A stretch of 64,000 nucleotides of DNA from Candidatus Colwellbacteria bacterium (GTDB lineage: Bacteria > Patescibacteriota > Minisyncoccia > UBA6257 > Colwellbacteraceae): positions 256,001 through 320,000 of the forward strand of contig JACOWZ010000003.1 of the NCBI GenBank assembly GCA_016176525.1. The letters are read 5' to 3'. The notes beneath the pieces were generated by a model. The model ran no database searches. It was not told the DNA's origin and saw only the letters and a program-made list of their open reading frames with translations. Positions 56,472 to 64,000 of this stretch are shown here, piece by piece. The number at the start of each line of letters is the position of its first letter. Position 1 is the stretch's first letter. The translations under genes were made by a program, and so were the position numbers.

Positions 56472-57665
56472 ATGGAAAGTAATAAAAGCAAAGATAAAGT
56501 TTTTGGGCTTAAAAGGAATGTTTTTTATCTTGGCATAGTAAGTTTGTTTAACGATTTTTCTAATGAAATGGTCCAGTCGGTTGTACCAGTTTTTCTAGGC
56601 CTCCTTTTGGGCGGGCAGGCGGCGCTTGCAATAGGCGTTATAGAAGGCGTTGCGGATGCGCTTTCTAGTTTTATGAAGATCTTGTCCGGTGCGTGGTCGG
56701 ATAAAGTCGGCCGCAGAAAGCCGTTTGCTGTTGTGGGTTATACCCTCTCTGTTGCTGTTCGGCCCCTTTGGATGTTTGTTACAAGCTTCGCGGGTGCTAT
56801 GGGAATTAGGGCCGCAGATAGGTTCGGCAAGGGCTTGCGAGATGCTCCGCGCGACGCCCTTGTTGCATCTTCAGTTGAAGAGCAAGAGTTAGGCAAATCT
56901 TTTGGTTATCAGAGAGCAATGGACGCCTTTGGCGGCCTTTTAGGGCCGCTTGTGGCAGTGCTTGCTTTTCCGCTTTTGGAATTCGACTTTAAAAAATTGT
57001 TTTTCTTGGCTTTTATATTGGGGCTGCCGGCGATCTTTAGCTTTTTGGCAGTTCGCGAAGTGCGAACCGCACCGCCGACGGAATACGGCAAGTTTATGCG
57101 CGAAAATATGTTCCGCACGCACAAGCATTTTACACTTATGATTGCTACGATTTTTGTATTTGGCTTGGGCACACTGCCTGTAGCACTTCTCTTATTCCGT
57201 GCCTTTGAACTGGGTTTTAACGTTACCTCGGTTCCATTTTTGTATTTAATATACGGCCTTACATTTACACTGGCCTCCATACCGCTTGGCAAGCTATCGG
57301 ACAAAATTGGAATGGTTAGGGTTATAACTTTAGGGTTTATATTTGCGATTTCTGCTTATTTACTGCTTGCTTTTACTAATACGTTTGTTTGGCTCTTCGC
57401 AGGGCTTGTGTTTTTTGGGCTCTACTCTGCTTCAACCGATGGTGTTGAGCGAGCGCTTACCGCTAAGCTTGTTGGCCACGAGCTATTAGGAGCTGGCGAG
57501 GGAGTGCTCCACGCCGCTGTTGGAATTTCTGCTCTTTTTGCCGGCTCTATAGGCGGGTTTTTATGGTTTAAATTCGGGCATGCGGCGGCGTTTTTATATG
57601 CAATAACATTTGCGGTGATAGGCCTAGGAATGCTTTTGTATATTAGCAAAAAGCACCGGATATAA
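56472..57665 (+). CDS. MFS transporter
   Basis: SDKVGRRKP, DRFGKGLRDAPRDAL, GKLSDKIG; about 12 TM segments. Confidence 0.9.
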   Translation: MESNKSKDKVFGLKRNVFYLGIVSLFNDFSNEMVQSVVPVFLGLLLGGQAALAIGVIEGVADALSSFMKILSGAWSDKVGRRKPFAVVGYTLSVAVRPLWMFVTSFAGAMGIRAADRFGKGLRDAPRDALVASSVEEQELGKSFGYQRAMDAFGGLLGPLVAVLAFPLLEFDFKKLFFLAFILGLPAIFSFLAVREVRTAPPTEYGKFMRENMFRTHKHFTLMIATIFVFGLGTLPVALLLFRAFELGFNVTSVPFLYLIYGLTFTLASIPLGKLSDKIGMVRVITLGFIFAISAYLLLAFTNTFVWLFAGLVFFGLYSASTDGVERALTAKLVGHELLGAGEGVLHAAVGISALFAGSIGGFLWFKFGHAAAFLYAITFAVIGLGMLLYISKKHRI

Positions 57666-57684
57666 CTGTGTTATAATTCTTAGT

Positions 57685-58698
57685 ATGAAAAAGATAGCTA
57701 TTAACGGATTCGGTCGTATTGGCAGATTATTTTTGCGCCAATTTCTGGAGTCTAAGAGTAAGAAAGCGCAGATTATCGCTATAAATGATTTGGGTGATGT
57801 AGATAACCTTGCCTATCTTTTGAGATATGACACAGTCTACCGTCAATACCCCGGCACGGTAGAAGTTAAAAATGGTAATTTAGTTGTAGATGGCAAATTG
57901 ATAAAGTTTTTGCAGATTAAAGATCCAACCCAGCTTCCGTGGAAAGATTTGGGCATTGACGTAGTTGTGGAATCAACAGGTGTTTTTAATACTTTTGAAA
58001 AATCAAAAGCCCACTTGGATGCGGGCGCAAAAAGGGTGCTTTTAACCGCTCCGGCAAAAGACGAAGACAGTAAACTCGGCAAAACCGTTTTGGTTGGAGC
58101 GAACGACAAAGAAGCTAACGTTTGCCCTATAAATTCAAATGGATCGTGCACAACCAATGCTGGTTCGCCGGTTATTGCTATTATGAATGAGACGATTGGC
58201 GTTAAAAAGGCGCTTTTAAATACCGTCCATGGCTATACTGCAACACAGAGTCTTGTTGATGGCCCAACGCGCAGCTCGGATTATAGAAAAGGAAGAGCTG
58301 CTGCGCAAAACATAGTTCCAACAACAACTGGCGCAGCTATTGCAATAACCAGGGCTTTGCCAGATTTGAGGGGCAAGTTTGACGGCGTGTCTTTTCGGGC
58401 CGCGGTTGTTACTGGTTCGGCTGCGAACATAACATTTTTGGCAAAACGCAATACCACCGCGGAGGAAATAAACGATATTTTTCGCAAAGCTGCAAAAGAA
58501 AAAAGATGGAAAGGGGTGCTCGCAATTACCGAAAATCCGCTTGTGTCGTCTGATATTATAGGCAATCCGCATGGCGCAATAGTGGATTTGAAGTTTACTA
58601 AAGTTATAGATGGTGATTTAGTTAATGTGCTTTCTTGGTACGACAACGAGTATGGATATGTATCAACACTCTTAAAGCACCTAGAACTGATTTTATGA
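57685..58698 (+). CDS. gap: Glyceraldehyde-3-phosphate dehydrogenase (type I)
   Basis: INGFGRIGR, ESTG, SCTTN, RAAAQNIVP, WYDNE. Confidence 0.97.
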   Translation: MKKIAINGFGRIGRLFLRQFLESKSKKAQIIAINDLGDVDNLAYLLRYDTVYRQYPGTVEVKNGNLVVDGKLIKFLQIKDPTQLPWKDLGIDVVVESTGVFNTFEKSKAHLDAGAKRVLLTAPAKDEDSKLGKTVLVGANDKEANVCPINSNGSCTTNAGSPVIAIMNETIGVKKALLNTVHGYTATQSLVDGPTRSSDYRKGRAAAQNIVPTTTGAAIAITRALPDLRGKFDGVSFRAAVVTGSAANITFLAKRNTTAEEINDIFRKAAKEKRWKGVLAITENPLVSSDIIGNPHGAIVDLKFTKVIDGDLVNVLSWYDNEYGYVSTLLKHLELIL

Positions 58699-59159
58699 AG
58701 GTATATATCGGTGCAGACCATAGAGGCTACAAATTAAAAGAGAAATTAAAGAAGTTCCTTCAAGGTAAGGGTTACGATGTTGAGGATTTGGGTAACTTGA
58801 GATACGACCAAAACGACGACTATACTGATTACGCGCGTTTTGTAGCAGAGACTGTTGCGGAGCGCGGTAATGATACGCGAGGGGTTCTTATTTGCGGTTC
58901 CGGTGTTGGAGTAGAAATTACGGCAAACAAATTTAAAAATGTGCGATGCGGGCTTGTTTTTAACGTTAAGCAGGCGGTTTTGGCAAAGCGCCATGATGAT
59001 ACAAATGTTATTGCCATTGCCTCGGATTTTATCTCTGCTTGGAAGGCAAAAAGAATAGTTAAAAAGTGGCTAGAAACAGAGTTTGACGGCAAAGAAAACC
59101 ATAAAAGGCGGCTAGACAAAATCCGCACGTTTGAGTCTAGGTGGAATATTTTTAGATAG
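58695..59159 (+). CDS. rpiB: Ribose-5-phosphate isomerase B
   Basis: GADHRG, DDYTD, ICGSGVG, ANK, H.RR. Confidence 0.92.
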   Translation: MKVYIGADHRGYKLKEKLKKFLQGKGYDVEDLGNLRYDQNDDYTDYARFVAETVAERGNDTRGVLICGSGVGVEITANKFKNVRCGLVFNVKQAVLAKRHDDTNVIAIASDFISAWKAKRIVKKWLETEFDGKENHKRRLDKIRTFESRWNIFR

Positions 59160-59180
59160 TAAGCAGGTGTAGTAGGGGGC

Positions 59181-59209
59181 TTGCAATAAAGCGCGGCGTC
59201 TTTTATACT
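59181..59209 (+). promoter_or_regulatory. sigma70-like promoter of rny
   Basis: TTGCAA-N17-TATACT. Confidence 0.65.
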
Positions 59210-59249
59210 ACTATAAAAGTCATGATAAAAAATCTTATTTTAAACAAAA

Positions 59250-60749
59250 ATGCTACAGTCTTTACTTTTAGCGGCCCTAGGCTTAGGGGTTGGGCTTGCA
59301 GTTGGTTACTTTGTTCGCCAAGGGCTCTCAGGCAAGCTTAAAGAAGCCGAACTTAAAGCCAAACAAGAGGCTCAAAACTTAATATTAGAGGCGCAGAAGA
59401 AAGCGGTTTCTGTAATTGAAGAGGCAAAGAGCGAAGAGAAAGAGCGCAAAGCGGCATTGGATAAACACGAGGTGCGCCTTGTTTCTAAAGAGGAACTCCT
59501 TTTAAAGAAAGAAGGGGAGCTTGACTCCGACAAAACCAAACTCTCGAATGCTATGGAGGCCCTGAAGAAAGAGCGCGAAGAGCTTTTAAAGTCTAAAGAA
59601 GAGACAGCAGAAAAACTCTCTAAAATAGCGGGGCTAACCCAACAAGAAGCCAAAGACAGGCTAATTAAAGAGATTGAGGATAGGCATAAAGAAGAGCTTA
59701 CGGGCGCGCTTTTTAAACTAATGCACGAGCGTAAGGCGGAGATAGAGAAAAAAGCTCAAGAAATAATGACAACGGCAGTTCAGCGGATGGCAAGAACCCA
59801 GGTTTCCGACATTACAACTTCGGCCTTTACTCTGCCTTCAGAAGACCTTAAGGGCAAAATTATAGGCAGGGAGGGCAGGAATATTCGCGCACTAGAGCGC
59901 GCAACCGGCACGGAGCTTATTATGGACGAGAGCCCGGATACAATAATTATTTCTTCTTTTGACCCGATGCGCCGCGAGATTGCGCGCGTTACGCTGCAGA
60001 AACTTATTCAAGACGGCCGCATACAGCCGGCGAAAATTGAAGAGAAGGTACAAGAAGCAAAAGACGAAATTGACGAGAGAATTTATAAAATCGGTGAAGA
60101 GGCCGCGCACGAACTTAGTATTCTAAACCTGCCAAAAGAGATATTGCAGCTTTTGGGGCGGCTTAATTTTCGCACGAGTTTTGGGCAGAATGTGCTGACG
60201 CACTCAATAGAGATGGCTCATATTGCCGGTATGATGGCTTCTGAACTTGGCGCAAATATTGAAGTTGCAAAGCGCGGGGCGCTATTGCACGACATAGGGA
60301 AGGCCATAGACCACGAAGTGCAGGGCACGCACGTGGAATTAGGCAGAAAAATACTTAAAAAATATGGAGTTGATGAAGCGGTAATCCGCGCTATGGAGTC
60401 TCACCACGAAGAATATCCATTTTCTACGCCAGAGGCCTTTATTGTTACGGCTGCAGATGCACTCTCTGCCGCAAGGCCGGGCGCAAGGCGCGGAACACTG
60501 GAGACTTACATCAAACGCTTGGGTGACTTAGAGAAACTCGCATCTGGTTTTCCAGGTGTTAAAAATGCTTATGCAATCTCTGCAGGGCGTGAAGTACGCG
60601 TGTTTGTTGTACCGGAGCAAATAGACGACTTTGGTGCATTGCAGCTTGCCAAAGACATTGCTATGAAGGTGGAGTCTGACTTAAAGTACCCCGGCGAAGT
60701 TAAAGTTAACGTAATACGCGAAATGCGTGCGGTTGAGTACGCTAAATAG
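59250..60749 (+). CDS. rny: Ribonuclease Y
   Basis: TM, coiled coil, KH (KGKIIGREGRNIR), HD (LLHDIGKA), YPGEVKVNVIRE. Confidence 0.97.
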   Translation: MLQSLLLAALGLGVGLAVGYFVRQGLSGKLKEAELKAKQEAQNLILEAQKKAVSVIEEAKSEEKERKAALDKHEVRLVSKEELLLKKEGELDSDKTKLSNAMEALKKEREELLKSKEETAEKLSKIAGLTQQEAKDRLIKEIEDRHKEELTGALFKLMHERKAEIEKKAQEIMTTAVQRMARTQVSDITTSAFTLPSEDLKGKIIGREGRNIRALERATGTELIMDESPDTIIISSFDPMRREIARVTLQKLIQDGRIQPAKIEEKVQEAKDEIDERIYKIGEEAAHELSILNLPKEILQLLGRLNFRTSFGQNVLTHSIEMAHIAGMMASELGANIEVAKRGALLHDIGKAIDHEVQGTHVELGRKILKKYGVDEAVIRAMESHHEEYPFSTPEAFIVTAADALSAARPGARRGTLETYIKRLGDLEKLASGFPGVKNAYAISAGREVRVFVVPEQIDDFGALQLAKDIAMKVESDLKYPGEVKVNVIREMRAVEYAK

Positions 60750-61437
60750 CGAGCTCTAAAATTATTTCGTACGCGGTTTTTATATTGGCAAGTGCTTTGT
60801 CTAGTAATTCTTTTGTGGTCGGCGGTTGGTCGCTTTCTACTTCAATCGTGACTTCTTCTATTGGTTCTATGGATTCAAGCGGAGGCAAAATATTTGCTTC
60901 GGCTCCTGCGCGAAGTTCGCCAGCTTCTTTAATTAAAGCAGCTGTTTTATCAAGTTCTGTTTTGTATACTCCAGTCGCGTCTTCTTCGATTAATTTACTA
61001 AGAGTTTCTGATGCTTTTGTAATAACATCACCGCTGTATATAAAAGACACAAAATTCGAAACCTCTATGTCGGTTTCTATATATATTTTTTCTCTGTATT
61101 CTATAATCTGGAGCGCGAATGCTCTTACCTCTTCGGCGTCTTTAAATTCCGTTGTTTGCAAGCTGCCTAGTTTATTAAAATACCATTCAATATCGGAGTT
61201 TAAGAGGGCTTCTAACTGTGCATATTTTTGAAGTTCTCGTTTATCTTCGGATAGTGGTACAGCCTTAAATTCTTTTTGAAGTGTATTGGCTTCTTCAATT
61301 GAGAAGTAAAGCGCTGTTTCTACTTTAGCTGTGCGTTCGGCTATGTCTTCCTCTAAATTTTCTGCATACACAAAGCTAATCACACCAAACAGTCCGATTA
61401 TTACTAAGTTCAGAATTGTTAGCTTTATAAATTTCAT
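60742..61437 (-). CDS. Hypothetical secreted acidic helical protein
   Basis: Signal peptide ending VYA; translationally coupled to the upstream gene. Confidence 0.65.
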   Translation of the reverse strand: MKFIKLTILNLVIIGLFGVISFVYAENLEEDIAERTAKVETALYFSIEEANTLQKEFKAVPLSEDKRELQKYAQLEALLNSDIEWYFNKLGSLQTTEFKDAEEVRAFALQIIEYREKIYIETDIEVSNFVSFIYSGDVITKASETLSKLIEEDATGVYKTELDKTAALIKEAGELRAGAEANILPPLESIEPIEEVTIEVESDQPPTTKELLDKALANIKTAYEIILELAI

Positions 61438-61862
61438 TATAGGGTTGCTTCTTTTAGTAGTTCGTCTATAGATTTAGACTCTTCTCTCTTGGGCTCTGTT
61501 TTTGGTTCTTCTTGTAGTTTGTAATCAATAGTTTCTATTATTTGTTTTGCCTCCGCCACCAAGCTTTGGTTAAGGCCTGCTATTTTTGGCTGTTTCGGCC
61601 CTAATAGCCCGGTGCCGCTTACTATAATTGCAAATAAAAGTGCAGCAAATGCAAGCGAGGGCACAAGTTTGTTAAATGCAAATATGCGTTTTGTAAATTG
61701 CGGCATAGCAAAAATAAGCCGCTTGGATTCATTTGCAAAGTTCTCGCGCGGAACTATTCTGCGGGCTTCTAGTATTGAGTTCTTAGAAAAAAGCGCGTAG
61801 TTCTTGTCAGGGCTTATTCCTTTAAACTGCGAGAATGCTTTTATAATTTTATCTTCTGTCAT
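61437..61862 (-). CDS. Single-TM protein, putative anti-sigma factor
   Basis: Overlaps the ECF sigma 3' end; cytoplasmic N-terminus plus one TM. Confidence 0.55.
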   Translation of the reverse strand: MTEDKIIKAFSQFKGISPDKNYALFSKNSILEARRIVPRENFANESKRLIFAMPQFTKRIFAFNKLVPSLAFAALLFAIIVSGTGLLGPKQPKIAGLNQSLVAEAKQIIETIDYKLQEEPKTEPKREESKSIDELLKEATL

Positions 61863-62400
61863 GTTTTAGAATATCTTTTAGGTTTCTTATTGCTCTGTGT
61901 TGTATTAGTTTGGTTGCGCCTACGCTCTTGCCTATTACATTTGCAACTTCTTCGTGCGGCATATCGTCTACAAAGCGCATTAGTAGCACATCTTGTTCTA
62001 CTTCTTTTAGGCGGGGGATTGATTGCATTATTACTTCCAGCTGAAGCTTAGAATCAATTTTGGAGTCTTTGTTTTCCGAATCTGGCAGTTCAATGCCGGC
62101 GGATTCCAAACTTATTTCTGTGCCAACCCTGCCGGAGCTTCTGTAATGGTCTATTACTGAGTTTCTGGCTATTCTGTAGAGCCAAGAGCCGAACGGAAAC
62201 CCCCTATGATTGTAATCTGCTATCCCAGTCCAAGCTTTTAAAAAGACTTGATGGGTAATATCCTCAGCCTCCTCACGATGGCTTACTTTAAGCAGGACGA
62301 ACCGGTATATCTTTGGGAGATACCAGTCATAAAGCAAGCCGAAAGCGTGGGACTCCCCATCTTTAGCCTTTTTAATTAAATTTTTCTCGTCCTCTAACAT
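61849..62400 (-). CDS. ECF RNA polymerase sigma factor
   Basis: AFGLLYD, AEDITHQVFLKAW, SWLYRIARNSVIDHYR, region 4 HTH. Confidence 0.93.
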   Translation of the reverse strand: MLEDEKNLIKKAKDGESHAFGLLYDWYLPKIYRFVLLKVSHREEAEDITHQVFLKAWTGIADYNHRGFPFGSWLYRIARNSVIDHYRSSGRVGTEISLESAGIELPDSENKDSKIDSKLQLEVIMQSIPRLKEVEQDVLLMRFVDDMPHEEVANVIGKSVGATKLIQHRAIRNLKDILKHDRR

Positions 62401-62438
62401 ATTAAACGTTGCTTTTTATGCACCGTTACGATAGCACT

Positions 62439-63449
62439 TTATAGGCCTCTTTTCAATTTTCTAAAGCGCTCTATAGCATAATTTAGGTAGTATTTCGGGG
62501 TAATCTTTAAGTCTTGGGTGGGCACGTATTTTTCTGCCCTGCCTCCAAACCCGGTTTTAAATGTTGTTAGCCCCGCCCATGGATGGTTTTTCGCGTCTTG
62601 CGGCGCTATTCCCCAAAAATTGTAGAACTTTAGGCCTCTCTCTTGTGCGTCTTTTATAATTTGCCACTGTAAAAGATGCGAGGCGGGTATTTGTGCATGT
62701 TTTAGCGAAGATGCGCCGTGGTGGTAGAACACGCCGTGGTTAGTAGATATTATTATCGCACCAGAGATTAACTCATCTTGGTACTGGGCAAAGTAGAGTT
62801 CTGCATTTCCATTTACAGAGAATATTTCAAACTCTTTTTGCAAATATTCTTTTGAGAACGGCTTGAAATGTTTACGATTAACAGTTTTTTCATAAAGTTT
62901 GTAGAACTTTTCAATGTCTTCCGGATTTTTGCTTTTAGCTATTTTTACTCCCACACGTTCTGCTTTTCTTATTTCATTCCTAGTCGTTTTGCGCATTCCT
63001 TTTAAGAGTTCTTCTTCGCTTTTTTGCAAATCAAGAATCCATACAAGCTCGGCGTGTACATGTATTGGCGCATTTTTGAAACCAAGTTGTCTGAAAATCT
63101 GCTTGTTCTCTGGTGAATCTTCTAATATAGGCGCAACTCTTATAAAGTCGCATTTTTCTTGTTTAGCAAGCTGTTTTAAATGCTCTGTTAGTTCTTTTAT
63201 TGAAAATTCTTTATTTTTGAATATCGGTCCGTGGGGAATAAGCAAAAACGAGCCTCTTTTTGCGTTTACTTTTATTACCAAAGCAGCTCCAACAAGCTCG
63301 CTGCTATTGTAAACACCAAACCTCCAGATTTTTTCACCAGTTTCATTATTAAACTTACCCCACTCCCATGACTGCAAAAATGTGTGTGGCTCTACAGAGT
63401 CTATAAAATTATCCCAAACTATTTTCTCTTTTATTTCTTTAATCTCCAT
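62439..63449 (-). CDS. FemAB/FemX-family peptidoglycan peptidyltransferase
   Basis: FLQSWEWG, PHGP, MRKTTRNEIRKA, YHHGAS, FKTGFGG. Confidence 0.9.
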   Translation of the reverse strand: MEIKEIKEKIVWDNFIDSVEPHTFLQSWEWGKFNNETGEKIWRFGVYNSSELVGAALVIKVNAKRGSFLLIPHGPIFKNKEFSIKELTEHLKQLAKQEKCDFIRVAPILEDSPENKQIFRQLGFKNAPIHVHAELVWILDLQKSEEELLKGMRKTTRNEIRKAERVGVKIAKSKNPEDIEKFYKLYEKTVNRKHFKPFSKEYLQKEFEIFSVNGNAELYFAQYQDELISGAIIISTNHGVFYHHGASSLKHAQIPASHLLQWQIIKDAQERGLKFYNFWGIAPQDAKNHPWAGLTTFKTGFGGRAEKYVPTQDLKITPKYYLNYAIERFRKLKRGL

Positions 63450-63465
63450 CTTTAACCTTTATTTG

Positions 63466-63489
63466 GGTGTTATGATTGATCATAACATC
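63466..63489. repeat. Palindrome of the GGTGTTATGA family overlapping the DegT stop
   Basis: GGTGTTATGATTGATCATAACATC. Confidence 0.75.
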
Positions 63490-64000
63490 TTATCTTTAAT
63501 TATTTTTGTTATTTTTAGCGCGTCTTCTTCGGAGGTAAGTATATTTGTCGGCAGGTTTAGCGATTCGCTTGCGGCGCGTTCTGCTATGGGGCAGGCACCG
63601 GGGTTGTATTTAACTGCAGTAAAATCTACGCCTTTTGGCGCAATGCAGGGGTTATACCAGTCATCCAATATTATGCCGAGTTTTCGCCCTTTTTTTATTA
63701 GACGTTTTGCGATTGGAATTCTTATAGTGTAGCGCAGGTAGATGCTATTTGCCTCGGCGGTCGGTTCGGGCAATTTTATATTTGATACTTTACTTAATTC
63801 TTTTCTATAGATTTCTGCGAGTTTGCGGCGGTGAAGGTTAAAGCGTTCCAGTTTTTTAAATTGGTGCAGCGCAAGCTCTGCAAGTGTGTTGGGTATTTTA
63901 CCGAATGTGTCGCGCGCAACCTTGCCGCGGCGCTCTTCGCTTTGCACCGCTTTTGATATAAGGCCAAGTCTTTTTACAATTTCTAATACTGCTTTGCCTA
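63480..64000 (-). CDS. DegT-family aminotransferase, C-terminal part (5' end off window)
   Basis: LALHQFKKLERFNLHRRKLAEIY..CPIAERAASESLNLPT; frame open to the window edge. Confidence 0.8.
   Translation of the reverse strand, partial: GKAVLEIVKRLGLISKAVQSEERRGKVARDTFGKIPNTLAELALHQFKKLERFNLHRRKLAEIYRKELSKVSNIKLPEPTAEANSIYLRYTIRIPIAKRLIKKGRKLGIILDDWYNPCIAPKGVDFTAVKYNPGACPIAERAASESLNLPTNILTSEEDALKITKIIKDKML

Noticed and set aside
1-64000. CRISPR array, cas genes or IS transposase
   Set aside because: No regularly spaced repeat-spacer array and no cas or transposase ORF recognised

Overview
Chromosomal segment of an AT-rich bacterium using the standard genetic code. Gene content and order point to a Patescibacteria/Parcubacteria (CPR)-type organism; this is inferred from the proteins, not from a database search. 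1-16 kb is housekeeping: infC-rpmI-rplT, smpB-tmRNA, an HD hydrolase, argS, an unusual ileS, gpmI, secG, a peptide-binding protein, tRNA-Leu, rnj and trpS. 16-57 kb is a large cell-surface region: an S-layer-like protein, a Gly-rich exported protein, an O-antigen-ligase/OTase-like protein, about 25 glycan biosynthesis genes with two flippases, glutaredoxin/TrxB, comEA and a second glycosyltransferase cluster. 57-64 kb holds gap, rpiB, rny, an ECF sigma module, a FemAB-family gene and a truncated DegT gene. No CRISPR array, rRNA, transposase or prophage is visible. The most interesting signals are sub-genic. (1) A four-helix-bundle gene sits between inverted heptamer-repeat arms, and gene-less copies of the same arms occur elsewhere, abutting start codons. 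(2) An HTH gene and its promoter are saturated with GGCAA/TTGCC motifs. (3) A C-x-N-G-x5-N-C mini-module is shared by three unrelated exported proteins. (4) Short palindromes are inserted in frame in several genes. (5) IleRS has a GLHH signature and an inserted histidine-phosphatase domain. (6) There is an orphan promoter-to-terminator transcript upstream of infC and a long structured leader before the S-layer-like gene.
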